Part shown: in pieces, positions 23,152-37,485 of the stretch | How the letters are laid out: every line of letters starts with the position of its first letter | How positions within the stretch are numbered: the stretch's first letter is position 1 | Source of the DNA: Geosiphon pyriformis uo1 | Lineage: Eukaryota > Fungi > Glomeromycota | Assembly (NCBI GenBank): GCA_016748015.1 | Contig: JAAOMT010000239.1 | Span: 220,356 to 284,355, forward strand | Direction: 5' to 3' | DNA length: 64,000 bases | Position numbers and translations under genes: made by a program | Notes under the pieces: generated by a model | The model's database searches: none | Told to the model about the DNA's origin: nothing | Seen by the model: only the letters and a program-made list of their open reading frames with translations

Positions 23152-26120
23152 ATGAACTTGAAAATGACCAGAGGACGCAATTTCCTAGAAGCTTGGATAA
23201 GAAGGTATCATTCGTGCAGGAAAACATATCATTCACTTCCATATAAACGATCACTGGCTTCTATCGCTCACCAAACGCCGAATTTGGATCCCCAAAATCA
23301 CGCATATTCGCCTTCGAACAAGGATCCATTTAAATCTAAAAGTAACATCGAAAATGGTATGAATATTTCATTACAAATATATATCAATATCATCAATTTT
23401 AATAGAATGACCAATGCGGTTGCTTTAGAGCTGAAAACTAAGACTCTCAAGTCTGTTCCTGTTGAATTGGACTCCCCAAAACAAAAATTGAAAAAGCAAT
23501 CTCTCACTGAGGATAAAAGTTTTAGTAAAGTTGTATCAAATAAATGGACTGCAGAAGAAGACAATTTATTACGAGAAGGGATTAAAAAATTTGCCCATGA
23601 CCGTGGGATGTGGAATAAAGTTTCAGAGCTGATCGGAACACGGAGTAAAAAAGGGGCATCTGACAGATGGAGACTAATAACCCGTGATGAAGAAAATGGT
23701 AATATTGGTCCAAAAATAAATTTGGTCGTTGACGACAAGAAAAAAAAAGCAGATGACAAACAGGGAAATCAACAAAAGGTCCTTGTCAAGGAAGAGGTGA
23801 AACCAAGTGTAAGAACACCTTTAAAACATCAGAAGAAAGAGGATCAAGGTTTAACGCTTCAAAGGGAAACAAAGAAGAAATTAATTTCCGGATCGTTGCA
23901 GAGAAATCCGATTGTCAAAGAGAAGAAACCAAATCAACTATTCAACTTGGAAGAGCAAGAGAAATCGGAAGGCGAATTATTGGAAAAAGAGCCAGGGAAG
24001 CTGAAATCAAATTTGATCAATAAAAAGGAGATATCAAAGACTAATTTAGTGGCTAAAGAGAAGGAAATGAAATTAAACTTCAAAGAGGAAAAAAAAGAGA
24101 CCCAAGCCAAAAGTTTGAGAGGAAATGTGAGAAAAACACCTTCACAATTCAGCATTTCGATAAATGCCTCAAACAAATCACCTAAAAAGTCTCATAAAAG
24201 ACAAAGCGCAGTTGAACTACCAAAATCTCAGGCATTGCAAAATATTGAAGGTTTGGATTATAAAAAAGAGCTTGTCCGTCGAAGCCATATCTATTTAGGC
24301 CCGGAGTGGGAACAAATGTCTGAAATAATTGGCTTCATGACACCACTGGAGTGCGAGCAGGTTTATCTCAATCACATCTATGAAGGTAAATGGTATGAAT
24401 TTTTGTCGAGAATTTTCAGATCAAGAGGAAAATTTACCTTGTAAAATTTATTTGAAATAAGAAGATTCATCCAATAAGGAAGGATCGCGATTAGAATTAC
24501 TTAACAAAGGTGAAAAGAATCAGAAAGAATATGTTTCGAATAAAAAGAGGGAATTGGGAACAAAATTCAGTCATAATGAAGGGTCACCAAAAACCGCACT
24601 CATCAGCAAAGAACCCAAAATTTTAGATGCGAAAGAGGGAAACGGTTGGCCTCAAAATTCAGTTATTGGAGATAAAACGACCAAAGCGGTGTTGATGCTT
24701 CAAGAGGATCAGGGGGAGGAAAAGGAAGAAAATCAACCGCACGAAATGCTTCAGCAATGGCCACTTGTAGCTTTAATAAGAAATTTCCAGCAAACCATTC
24801 ATGCTGGATCATGGAATCCCGAAGAGAATGCCGATTTCTATGAAGCATGTCTCAATCTAGGAAGAGCGATGCAGAACATTTCTGAAATTTTTGTTACAAT
24901 GACAGCTAGAAAATCTAGAGAATTTTATTCAAAGTCCAACAAGAAAGGTAAAAAGTTTTGATTTTCAGAATGGCGTTTTTGCATTAAATTTACCAGATTT
25001 CATCGGCTTAATCAGTCAATAATCTATCAGCACAGTATGACGGGGAAATTCAGCTAGGGAGTGATAACACAGCCGAAATAGAAAATTTCATTTCTACGGA
25101 AAAGAATCACTTGAGTAATTGACCAGAAAACCTTTTCTTTATATAAAAATCCCAATATCAACGTTTGGTTTTGTTAGTCCCCCAGAAACAAGAAATTAAT
25201 AAAATCGGCATTAAAATGTTAGTGGATGGAGACTCTACGGTGCCGAAAAAGGCAAAAAAACAAGGTAATTATGATTTTATTTTACAAATAGGATCCCCAA
25301 TCATTATAAATACTTTGCATTGATCTAGTCACCCGGAGAAAAGAACCTCAAAAAAACAGCAAAAATTCGGCCCAAATTGAAATGTCCGCTACTTTACCCA
25401 GTTCATTTGAAGAAGCGGATACTGGTAAATTAATTTTTCTTTAAAAATTTAATTTAATTAAAAACAACCCATCTTCGATTGTCTTAGTCCTGCAGAAACC
25501 AGAAAATCTTAAAAACGTGATTAAAAAATCACCTGAACCCCCAAGGATTTCTGCGTCCTCTTCGTTGAAAGAAAAAGAAAATTCTGGTAAGATTTTCAGG
25601 AATGGCTTTCTTTCGACGACTTTTCTTAGATTGCATTTGTTTCAACAAATTATTTTATAAAAGAGTCCCAGAAAGAAGAAATTTCTAAAAAGAATATGAA
25701 GAAGTCAGCCGAAAGCGAAAAATCTGCTGCCGACTCCGCGTTAAAAATAACAGAAAGTTCTGGCAAGTTTTTTAGATATATGTTTTAAGCTTATTTTAGT
25801 TATATTTGTTTTAAAACATTTTATATTCTCTTAGTTCACCAGAAACAGGTAGATACTAGTGGTGCTCCATGGGATGAAAGTGAAATAGCCAAGTTCAAAG
25901 TCGCTTATAATGTAGTTGGAGAAGATTGGGATAAAGTAGCAAAAGCTGTCACTTCGAGAAACCCACAAGAGTGCCACCAAGCTTTTCTAAAAGATTCCAA
26001 TTTTAAAGGTTTATTGTCGCATCCGTTATGTGCTTTAATTTGAATCTTCAATCCAACTGTGTCTCAGTCAATTAAGTTTATTTAGATATCTTGAATCAGA
26101 AGAAAAACAATGGTGATTGA
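23152..26120 (+). CDS. Multi-Myb/SANT-domain protein with Lys/Glu-rich linkers, 10 exons
   Basis: Exons 23152-23356, 23429-24385, 24462-24947, 25031-25114, 25178-25264, 25329-25424, 25488-25586, 25664-25762, 25835-26008 and 26086-26120 join in frame. Repeats: KWTAEEDNLL..W..TRSKKGASDRW; LGPEWEQMSE..TPLEC; GSWNPEE..; GAPWDESEIAKF..GEDWDKVAKAVTSRNPQEC. Confidence 0.85.
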
Positions 26121-29100
26121 GATGATGCAAATTCAACCTTTTTGTCCTGAGTTCAAAAATTAAAATACTTTTAAAATCTATCAGTTCCCGAACTTTCAGT
26201 ATTTTTATAATTACTTTAATGAGTGTAAATAAAGAGCTTTGACCAAGAAAAAGTTGATTGGGAAATACGGTTATAAGATAAAATTTAACCGCTTAAGGTA
26301 TTTTAATCAGTTTTCCACAAGGGGAAAAGAGTTTGCTCGGGATTTGATATTTGGTTTGGGATAATTTACAATTATTTATCCTGAAGGTTCTTATCAAAGT
26401 GAAGATTCTTTAATATATTTCAGGCGAAAATTCAGAGAGCTGCAGAAAAATTTCGACATTTTGTTTAAATTAAGCTCTTTTCGGTTCAATTACATAATGA
26501 CCCAATTTCGGGGTTTTTGAAAAAAACAAAATTCAAAAAATTTTGAGAAATATTTTGGTAAAGTTTTAACCCATTTTTTGAATTTAGACTCCATTTTTCT
26601 TTTATTACGCTTGGAACATAAAGCATGTTTAGAATCCCTCAAGCCTTCCATTGTGTAGTATCCCGTGTCGTTATTAGCTTAACCCCTTTTTAACATGTTA
26701 ATTAGCTATAATGGTGAAAACCCGATTTAGAGTTTTACCTGAATGACCAGTACCAAACTATTAAAGTCAATTATTTCAATCGATTTTAGAAGCGTACAAC
26801 CAGGAATCTTTTAAATCTGAATTTAATCTAATTGGTAGATTAAATCTGATTGTTACTCCATTCCCATTTGCCATTGAGTTGAACCCCTTGTTAGTGTAAG
26901 TTTTTAAGGATATGATTTTGGAAAAATTCACAAAATCCATACCTCCTCTGCTCAAGATTAAGCGCTACACATATTAATGCTAATGCTAAAATCCTGCTTT
27001 ACTTTATAAGTCTCATGTTCGTCACCCTAAGTATATATCGCTGAGAGGCATGCCAAAAACCCCGAAATATTTATGTTATTATTCAAATATTGAAAAATTA
27101 AAATCATATACTTCCGCTTTTGCAGTCTTTGCACGGAGGACTCATGAGACTAACTTGATTTTTAGATCAAAGGACTTGCTGCTGAGTCCAACAAATAGTA
27201 ATCGGTTTTGAAAAAAAAAGTTATATGTTTATTTATTGATAAATCATGATATAAAAATAAATTATATTGAAACATTATAAATTATAATGCAAAGAGGAAG
27301 ATATGATAGTAAATTTAAACAATATAATAATAATATTATTATTATAAATAAAATATAATGATGATTTAATAATTAAAATAGAATAATAATGTAATCTGTA
27401 AATTTTTTATAAACTGGTTAAAAATAACAAATTATATGTTATTAATATCAAAATTCACAAGTTATATTCTCATTATATTTTATTGTAATTTACAAAATTC
27501 ATATATTTTTTAATTAGATTAATATTAATTAAACTAAATTAAGATTTTTTATATAATTTTAATTCTATTTGATTAAAGTTTGAAATTTTTATTGTAAAAA
27601 ATATTTATTTATAATTAAATATGAAATATATTGTTAATAGATTTAATTAATTATTGATTCTATTAATTATGTAATAAAAATAAATGTTTTTTATGTTTAA
27701 ATTAAGAGAAAAATACACAAGAAAATTATAAATTGATTAATAAATAAAATAATTTTTTATTCATTAATAAGCAACTAAATATATCTTATTTTAAATTCAA
27801 TAATTCTAATTAATCATACATCAAGAACAAAATATAAATAAGTATTTTAAACAAGTAAAAAGTTTTTTTTAAAATATTTCATTTATTATCTTTTAACAGT
27901 TTAAAGTGTTTTATTTAGCAGAATTCTTAATTATAAAGGCAAACATAAAAATTAAATTTATAAGTTGAAATTATTAAAACTGTTAATTCAAGTAATTTCT
28001 AAAGAGAAAATGAGAAATATACTTTATAAAGTCAATAAAAATTTAATAGAACTATAATAAAGATAGCATCAATCAGATCATTTTAAAATGTTTAGAAGAT
28101 ATGGTTTGAGAAAAAAAATGATGATTTTAAATAACAGAAGAAAGTAGCTCATATGTTTTTATTATAAAAAATATATCAAATATTCTTAACCATCTTTTGT
28201 TTTCTTAGATTTCCCCTTTAGTTTTTAACAACTGTTTTGAATATAGGAATGATGGAACCTCATCGTCATTAACCTGGCAATCCAAATATAATATGTTGTT
28301 GTTGAATTATATCTCATTAGCAGGGAACTCAAAAAAAAAGAATTCCCCATTTCTGTGAATATCCACAAGTAAGGGCATGATTGCTATTGATTTTTAAGAA
28401 TAATAGCAAAGTCAAAATGATCACCATATTCAGAGAAATAAATCTAAGACGCGAGTGTGTGATTAACATTATACCGTCAACTATTCTCAACATCGTAGGT
28501 TAAATATTTACATTAAATAAAAAATTTAAAAGATAACATTATGTTTTTATAAATTAGAAATCTAACATTAATTTTTAAAAATATTGTTCAATAATTTGTA
28601 AGAAATAGAAAAAATATTTTACCTTAAGAAAATTCTAGACAATTGTTACATATCTATTTGTATTAAAATTTTATTAAATGAATGAAAATATTAAAAGAAT
28701 TTTAAAGCTCACTTATCTTTTTTCAACTCAGCATACTTTAAAAAATATAAAATACATTTGCTTATTCAAGAATTGATTGATTTAAAAAGTTTTATGAAAT
28801 GATATAAATCAATATTAAATATAAATATAATAAATTAAATGGTGATAAATCAAGTTTAATTTAAAAATTAATTAGATAGCAAATTAATGATTTTAAAAGA
28901 TAAATAAACCAGTTTTTTTCTAATTAGATTAACTAAATATATTTTTGAAAAACAAATAACTTTTGTAAAGTATTCTTTTTTACTTGTCATACAATATGAA
29001 TAATGTTTTTTTTTAAAAAACAACAATAAAGTATTTATATATACTCTTTATTGTGTTTTTTGACTTAATATCTTTTGGAATGGACAAAATATTCTCGCTA

Positions 29101-30579
29101 ACGCTGAAGATTCCATTTCAATGGGAGGGTTTTGCTCTTTGATTTCTTAGAGTATTATTTTAGGGTTATCGCAAAAATATGTGGAAAGTTAAGGAAGTTT
29201 GATTTTGTCTTTTATGGCCTAATTTATTAATATCGCTGATAATACATGAAGCGTAGCTTTTTTAAAACATAGGAAATAAAAAAATTAAATTTGCCAAAAC
29301 AAAGAATTCTCGAATAATACAAGGCTATTAAAATGAGCTTTTCTTCTGGTAATTTTTCAAATTGAATTACACATGATTATCCCTGTTCAAATGGTCTTTG
29401 GTTAGATCTCTCAAATTTCCACTTGAGATCGAAAACTTCTTTTATAAGAAATTCGATCACTACAAAACCAGATATTTAAATTTGTAAATGATATTTAGAG
29501 TGAAATGCACGTTTTTATCCTTTAGGCAAATTCAAGAAATCTTTTTCGCACGAGGAAGAAAATACCCTATTTCAATCCTGTATTTATGGTTTTTGTTTGT
29601 AGTCACTAGCCTTATATTTTAACATGGCCACGGAATGTTTCATCAATAACTGCTGTTCGATTAAATATGGCTTTAAATAGATAACGTTTTAATTTGAAAC
29701 CGACCCGAAGTTTTACCCGAAAATTCGATAATTGCAAGCCAAAATAAGAATTTTTTTTTGACTAGAGATGATTGATCTTCCCAATTATGGGTTAATACTA
29801 ATCTCTAGTATCTTATCGTCAATGCTGTGCATACAAGTATGGATAAAATATAATTTCACGTTAAAAGGTTTTTGAAATCACTCACCAAAGCGAGGTAGAA
29901 ATACAAATAGTTACTCAAACTATAATACTATACATGTACCTATATTATCACGATTAATCTTTAAATTGATTTGTGAGTTTAAGTTTCTCACAAAAATATA
30001 ATATATATTTTTTATAATTTTTTACTTTAAAGATGATAACTAAACTACATTTTTCTTAAAATATTTAAAATAAAATAAATAAAATAATATTTCTATGTTA
30101 TTTTCACTAATAATTAAAAATTATTCAAGACAAGTAAAATTACCAAGATATTTGAGAATTTAAATTTCAATCAAATAAATAAATGAAATAAATTTACTAA
30201 GAGATTATATTGGAAAATTGGGAAAACTGTAATGCAAGAAAAAAAAATAAATTAATAATTTTATTTATTTATAGAAAAAGTTCTATTATATTACGTTCAA
30301 AATTTTCTTATTATATTTGTAAATTTAATTACAAAATATGTTTAAAGATTGCCTATTTTATGATAAAAGCAAAAGTTATTTTTATTTTTATTTTAATAAA
30401 ATATAATGTTTACTTTATTTAATAATAACTTCATTAATAAAATTTTAATAAATTTTCTAACCTAAATTATTTTGATCAATTGTAATTTATAACATAATAA
30501 AACCAAATAAAATATCTTTTATTGAATTGTAATAAAATTATTTCTGTTAAATTTCATTGATTTAATTTTAAATTATAAG

Positions 30580-30617
<38 letters not shown>

Positions 30618-32383
30618 CTCCACATTAATTTTTGTGAATTAAATAAATAGACTATTAATCTTTTAAATTTATAATAAAAATAATTAAACAATAAAAGTAT
30701 TATTTATTATTAATTGACTTGATTAAAAATAAAATAAATTTCAAATTAAAGCTTATACAGTACATAAATTTCTTTACGAATAAAAAGAGTGTTTATAGTT
30801 TCAGCAGAATTAATTAGTAGAAATATATTGGTCATCACAAAAATAATTATTGCTTCAAAAAAATTATCTGATTTTAATTTTTATCATTAGCATTAATTCA
30901 CCATATTTTTACAGGTTTATGAACAGTATTTTAATGAATAATTCACACACAAATTTCTTTTAGGAATGAGACTAGACTAGTTTTTTGAAAAAAAATTATA
31001 ACAGACAAAGTTACTTTCAACCCAACAAAAATCTGTTTTCTTTTATCTGACTCTATTGGCACTTCTTAATCCGTAAGTGTCCTAATATCAAAATTTGTTT
31101 AATACTCAAAAAGCATAACTCTCAAAGCAAGCGTCTTTATCAGAAATTTCCAGTGTATCAAAGATAAATAATTACAAGAAACGCTTTCTCAGGCTCACTA
31201 ATTATTAATCAATTAATCAATCAATCATTTAATCTTTTTTAATCATAAGAAATTAACTAGATTCACATGTCAAAAACATTAAAAACTATGTTAGGAATTA
31301 TTTCTGTGACTCGAAAAATTATATTTATCAAAAGTTTCTAGAAATTATTTATGGTAGAACATTTTCAATTAATCTCAAACTTATTTTGCAATTCCCATAA
31401 TATTCTTTGTTCTGTTTATTAGTGCGGGAAATATTCTAATCAAAAAATTTACCACAAAACAAAATTTTAGTTAAGCTTTATCTTTCAAATCTATTTTTAA
31501 AAAACAGGACAAACCTAAAATTATTTTTTTTCAATTAAAGTTTTCTGAATTTCAGTAATCGATAGTAATTTAAAACTTTTTCCCTATCAATATCATCTAA
31601 TGAGCTAGAAGTTGATTGGATCATCTGACGATCGAAGATCAACAAATTGAAAATATTAATATAAAATCCCCAGAAAATACATGAACTGGGATCTCAAGCC
31701 ACACTTTGCCAATTTATGCAAACCCCATCAAATTGTAAATCATGAATTGGGGAAAGGATCAGAACAATGGGGACAATACGAATCAAAATTTGCGATTCAA
31801 AATCGAGAAATAAATATAAAACAGAACGACGAACGGAAATTTTGTATAAACTTAAGCCGTGTATGATGGACGATTCCATTTAGGATCCAATTTGAAAAAA
31901 TTCACAAGTGGGGGAAAGAATAGATAAAGGTGATGGTTGATCATCGGATGGTTATATTGAATCATTAACGTTCGATGTGAGATAGTTTTTCCAAAGAAAC
32001 CATAAAAACTCGATCATGCAATATTATTAGTGTTGGCTCGTGAAAGAAAACAACCAACCCCAACGCACTAAATCTCTGAAATAATGAAATTATCCAGTTA
32101 ACGTGTTTTTGTTTGGTTGATTTTCAACCGGAAATTCTAAAATGTTATAGAATGAAAATTTTGACGGGTTTTTTTGAAAACAAGCGAAAACGAAATAAAA
32201 CCACCACCAATCCCATATTAAAGCAGTTCAAGAAATTTAATTAATTGACAACGTAAAAATATATTAAATAAATTTTTTGAAATCTTCAAATCAATCTTAT
32301 TTAGTCGGTCACTCCAAACCTTTAAAGTTTTCCTAGAAACCCACGTTATTTTCTTTCACTTTTTGTCTGTCCAATCATCCAAA

Positions 32384-33421
32384 ATGTCTTACATACCAAA
32401 ACCGGCATCTGATATTCCATACCCAGAATACTATTCGTTATTCATGGATTGGCGTTTTCCCATTTCAGTTGCCACAATCTATACATTAACTGTCTTCCTT
32501 CTGAATCCCAAGTCGACAAAAGTATCACGTGTGGTAGCCCAGAGCAAAGGCATTAAAGAGAGTCAAACAAGCGGAAGTGGCCCATTGATGACAGCTTTCG
32601 TATTTCTGCATAATTCGCTATTATGCGTGTACTCATTAGTCACGTTTATCGGAATGTTTAGCGCTCAATTCAAAAACTTTTGGAATAATAGCTTTATGGA
32701 TGCGGTGAGTTCTTTGAATTAGCGTGGTATTTTACGCTAAAGCTTTATCTCTTGATAATCATTTACTGAGTTCTTTTATTTTATTTTTTAGTACTGTGAT
32801 CGTGACCAAACATTATGGAAAAGCAGTCTTTTTTACTGGGGTTACCTATTTTACTTGTCAAAATGTAAATTTCTCAATTTTTTGAAATTTCTCTACTTTT
32901 TTTCCCTGTAATAACTTTTATTTTTTTTTCATACAATACTTTTACAATAAGATTACGAAATTATCGACACCATAATAATTTTACTTAAAGGTCGTCGTTC
33001 TTCCCTTCTTCAAACCTATCATCATGCTGGAGCCATAATAACAATGTGGTGTGGTGTTTATTATCAAGCCACGGCCATCTGGATTTTTGTTCTCTTTAAC
33101 TCGTTCATTCACACCATTATGTACGCTTACTACGCTGCCACTTCTGTTGGTATTCATCCCCCAGGCAAACAATATTTGACTACAATGCAAATCACTCAAT
33201 TCCTGGTTGGAACCTCATTGGCTGGTACCTACGTCGCTAGTCCCTCATGTCTTGTTATGCCAGGTGCTTGGGAGGCCACATGGGTTAATATTGCCTATTT
33301 GTTTCCCTTGACTTATTTGTTCGTGGACTTTGCCAAGAAAATGTATGGAGGAAAGGGTAAAAAGGCTGCTGGTGTTACAAATGAGTATTCTAATGGTTAT
33401 GCTGCTCAAAAAATACAATAG
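32384..33421 (+). CDS. Fatty acid elongase, ELO/GNS1/SUR4 family (QTYHH variant)
   Basis: Exons 32384-32704, 32792-32864, 32952-33421. Motifs FYLSKYYEIIDT, LLQTYHHAG, FNSFIHTIMYAYY, LTTMQITQF, YLFVDFAKKMY. Confidence 0.95.
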
Positions 33422-35729
33422 ATGACATATATTATAAAATGTCAGGTTTTTAAGGTGCATATAATTGATAATTCAGGCATTTAGATCTTATTAATTTACC
33501 ATAACTAAAAGTTTATTAAAACGTAATCATTGAGTTTCAGGTTTTTGTATGTTATAGATTGTTAGTCTGAAGATTAAAATCATGATAATTATAACATTTA
33601 AATATTTCATTAAAATCGATATTTTTGCAACATAAAAGGATGCAAAAAACAGCGATATAATAAAATAATATTCATAAGCAAACCAGAATGAGATTTATTA
33701 TAACCCATTATCAATAGTATTTTATATTCTATATTATTTGAGCTGATTTTTGAAAATATATCTTGAATTAAAAATATAAAATACTCCAGAAAAAAAAGTG
33801 ACATGACAAATAACAATTTTTTATTTTTAATTCCCAATATATATATATGTTAAATTGAGTTGAATACAATTTTCTAATTTTCAAATGAAAATATATTTAT
33901 CATCTTTTCGTTTTATAATTTTTTTAGTGATATTATAAAAGGAAAATTAAATATTTTTTTAAATATAAAAAACATAAATCTAAATTAATTTTTACTCTAA
34001 AATTAATCTTTAGAAATTTATTTCTAATATATATATATAAATAAAATTATTTAATTAAACACTCTTCTCCCTCCTACAAAAATAATTCAAATTTGTTTAT
34101 ACAAAATATATAAGATACTTTTTAATAAAAATATAGAAAACAAAATTTTTATATTAAATTTTTATAATTTTTAAAAGTAATTAAAAAATATATTTCAAGA
34201 ATTTTTTTAATTTAAAAATTAATCTTGTCATATTCATTAATTATTTTACAAATATGCAATTTTAAAAAAAGGATTTATAATTAATGTTATAAATTGTGTA
34301 CTATTAAATCATACTAAAAAAAATATTTGTTAAAATAATTGAAAATAATTGAATAAATAACTATTGAAAATAATTGATATCTGTTATAATGTTTTAAAAC
34401 ATTAATTAAAACATAAAATTTGAAAAAAAAATTATAATTTATAACATATATAAAAACTTTTTAATGAATACTTTAAAAAACAAAAACAATTTTAAAAATC
34501 TTGGCTTTATATTATTGGCTTATTATAGAAAAAATATATATATTAAAACTTTTAATATCTGTTAAAAAAAAATCTAATTTAAAGAAAATACATATTGAAT
34601 ATCTGTTAATTAACTATTATTTAACAAAATAAGTAAAAACAAAAACAATACTTAATGAAACTGCTATTTAATTGCCAACTTTATTTATAAAAAATTATAA
34701 ATGTCCAAAAATTTTAATATTTTTTTACCATTTACAAATCAAGGAATTAATAAAATATTTCAACAAAAAATTATAAATGAAACATTAAGAAAAACCAATA
34801 GAAAGATAAATCTATAAAATAAAGTCTTATTATTTTACTTTTTTTTTGTATACAAAATTGTAAATACACATTTTTTATAGTATCGAGAGAACAGTTTTCT
34901 AATATGATTTTGAAGATATTTAGATAAGCAAATTTAAAAGAAGTCAAAAAGAAAGTTTAATATATATCAAAAAACTACTAGTCCTTATTTATTATAAAAT
35001 GTTGTTCGGCCGATGATTTATATCTAATTTGTCCTCTTCGAAAATTTTTAATATTTAGACATTAATGCACTAAATTTCTTGACAACAAGCGGTCCTTATA
35101 TTTTTACTCTTAAAATTTTCGAGCACTTCTTTTGACCTAAGGATCACAATCTAATGAATCTAATGAATCTGCTGTGATAATAGAGAATGTTACACGATTC
35201 AACCTAATATGCAAAATTCGGCCGTATAATTATAATTTGCATTACTAATTTTGATTAATTCAGAGCTTTCGGACTCTATTAATGATTCAGGAGAATGCAG
35301 TAGTCTCAAGTAAATGATTTCATTATTGAAACAAGCTTTAATACACGTATTAAAATTTCAGACACAACCATTAATACACACATTATTGCTGCGGCCGCTA
35401 GGTTAATCATTTGATCAAGAACCAACCACAACTTTTCCTATCTAGAAGCCAAACCTGTTTTCAAAATGAACCCTTCAAAGAAGTGAGCTAAATTCTGGCT
35501 AGAAACTGGAAATTGAAACTAGACGTTTGAAAAGTCATCATGAACTTCATTATTCGTCTATTGGTTTTTAGAAACTTAATTAGAAATTTTAGGCGTAATA
35601 TGTGGCCTCAATTTATTATAAAACCCAAAAGGAAATCATTTTTGAGCTTGCTAATTTAAACCATTCTTCTTAAGATTTTCTGAAACTATTACCAAAATTG
35701 AAATTTTAGAATATATTGAAAATTTAAAT

Positions 35730-37485
35730 ATGGACTACTCCCCAGCATCACTATACAACGCTCTATACCCACCAAATAAAAGAAACGTAAATGAAATAAA
35801 TCAAATTTATTCCCTAAAAAATTAATACCCATCTATACTAATATAGTTCTTAATAAACTCACGCGATTCTTAGGCTGCATCAACTGGGTTGTTATTAAAT
35901 GGCCGATGTCAAAAAATGCTCCAAAGTCGAGCTGCCAAAACTACATCTGGATATCATCAAGACCGCAATCAATGTCACCAATGCCAACGAAAATACTTTG
36001 GCCAGGATATATGTCAAGAATGCCGTGCATTTTTAATATCAGAAAATTTAGCAACTTTGCGTTCAAGTGGGAACCAAGAGATAGATGCGTTTTTAAAAGA
36101 ATCAAACGCTGAAGCTATACATCATCTGGGGTTGTTTATTTGGATTCCGTTTGCCGAATTTGGAAATAAGCAACATATTGCAAATGGTGGATTCGGGTCG
36201 GTTAGTTTTGCTATATGGTATTGTGGAAAATATTCTTCATCAATTGAGGAGTCGTCAAATAATTACACACAAGAAGTTGTTTTAAAATCCTTGAAGAATT
36301 CACAAAATATTACTAAAAACTTTTTGAATGAGGTCAGTAAAATTGAAATTAAAAAATTTATGATTTGGAAATTAATGATTTGAATCAATTCAACAGATCA
36401 CCGCACATCGACATTGCCAAAAAAGTGCTCGCGTTGTAAGGTGTTTTGGAATAACTCAACATCCTGAAACCATGGAATATTTAATAGTAATGCCATTTGC
36501 TCAATATGGGAATCTTCGAGAATACATAAGAGAAAGAGGAGAAAAACTCACTTGGGAACAGAAACTGGAAATTCTTCGAGACATTGCTGAAGGTTTAAAG
36601 GATATTCACGAAAGTAATCTTATCCATTGTGATTTGCATAGTGGTAACGTTCTACATTTTCACAATCCAGAAGACCTTACAAAAAGTAAAATATTAATTA
36701 GTGATTTGGGAATGTGTCGACCTGCAGATGTTCCATCAAAAGGATCACGAAAACAAATTTTTGGTGTCATTCAATTTCTAGCCCCGGAATTATTACGTGG
36801 ATGGGACTATTCAAAAGAATCAGATGTATATGCCTTTGGAGGCATCATGTATGAAGTTTTGATGCACAAAGTTCCATTTTGGGAACATTTTGATCCTCAT
36901 TATTTGCAACTTGACATTTGCGATGGTGTTCGTCCAGAGATTCCGCAATACGCACCTAAATGTTACGTAAACTTGATGAAAAAATGTTGGGATGATGATA
37001 TTCGATTTCGACCATCAGCTTCTAATTTATATTGGACACTTTCTCAATGGTTAGCTGAGTTCTCATTGACAAAATTTGGCCGTAAAGGAACCTTTCACCA
37101 TGGCAAGTATATATATGATTTCGAAGGGGCTCAACACCTCAGGCGAAACCAAAATGAGGAACAAGAACCATGTGGCATGGATGAATTGCCTTTCCTTAAT
37201 TTACCTGAAGCTCAGCATACTAGCTGTTTGATTGGTCTTACAAGCGATAGTAAACCTATTTTTGGAATACGTGTAGATGATAAAAGAAATTCTCCTAGTT
37301 TTGATGGTAAGTAAATAAATTGACCTTTTGCAAACGCGATTAAATAGCAATTTTGATTGATTTCTCGAAAATTTATTTTGATAGAATACGAATCCCGTCA
37401 GAATGAACTTACAATTAGTATCCAGGATCTTAACTGTTTTCTTGATTACGAATTTGACGGAAGAAACATGTCGCGTAGTTTTTGA
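35730..37485 (+). CDS. TKL protein kinase, non-RD (kinase D), intact
   Basis: Exons 35730-35786, 35874-36332, 36397-37306, 37385-37485. Motifs CHQC..CQEC, ANGGFG, VVLK, FLNE|, HCDLHSGN, DLG, LAPE; last exon EYESRQNELTI... Confidence 0.92.

Noticed and set aside
23298-24176. Antisense ORFs of 153 and 80 aa
   Set aside because: Shadows of the Lys/Glu-rich Myb exon; no motifs.
26975-27210. Possible decayed two-exon secreted peptide (AKILLYFISLMFVTLS...)
   Set aside because: No clean start or donor, an in-frame stop and no recognisable family.
28240-28500. Higher-GC island in AT-rich DNA
   Set aside because: No interpretable frame or motif.
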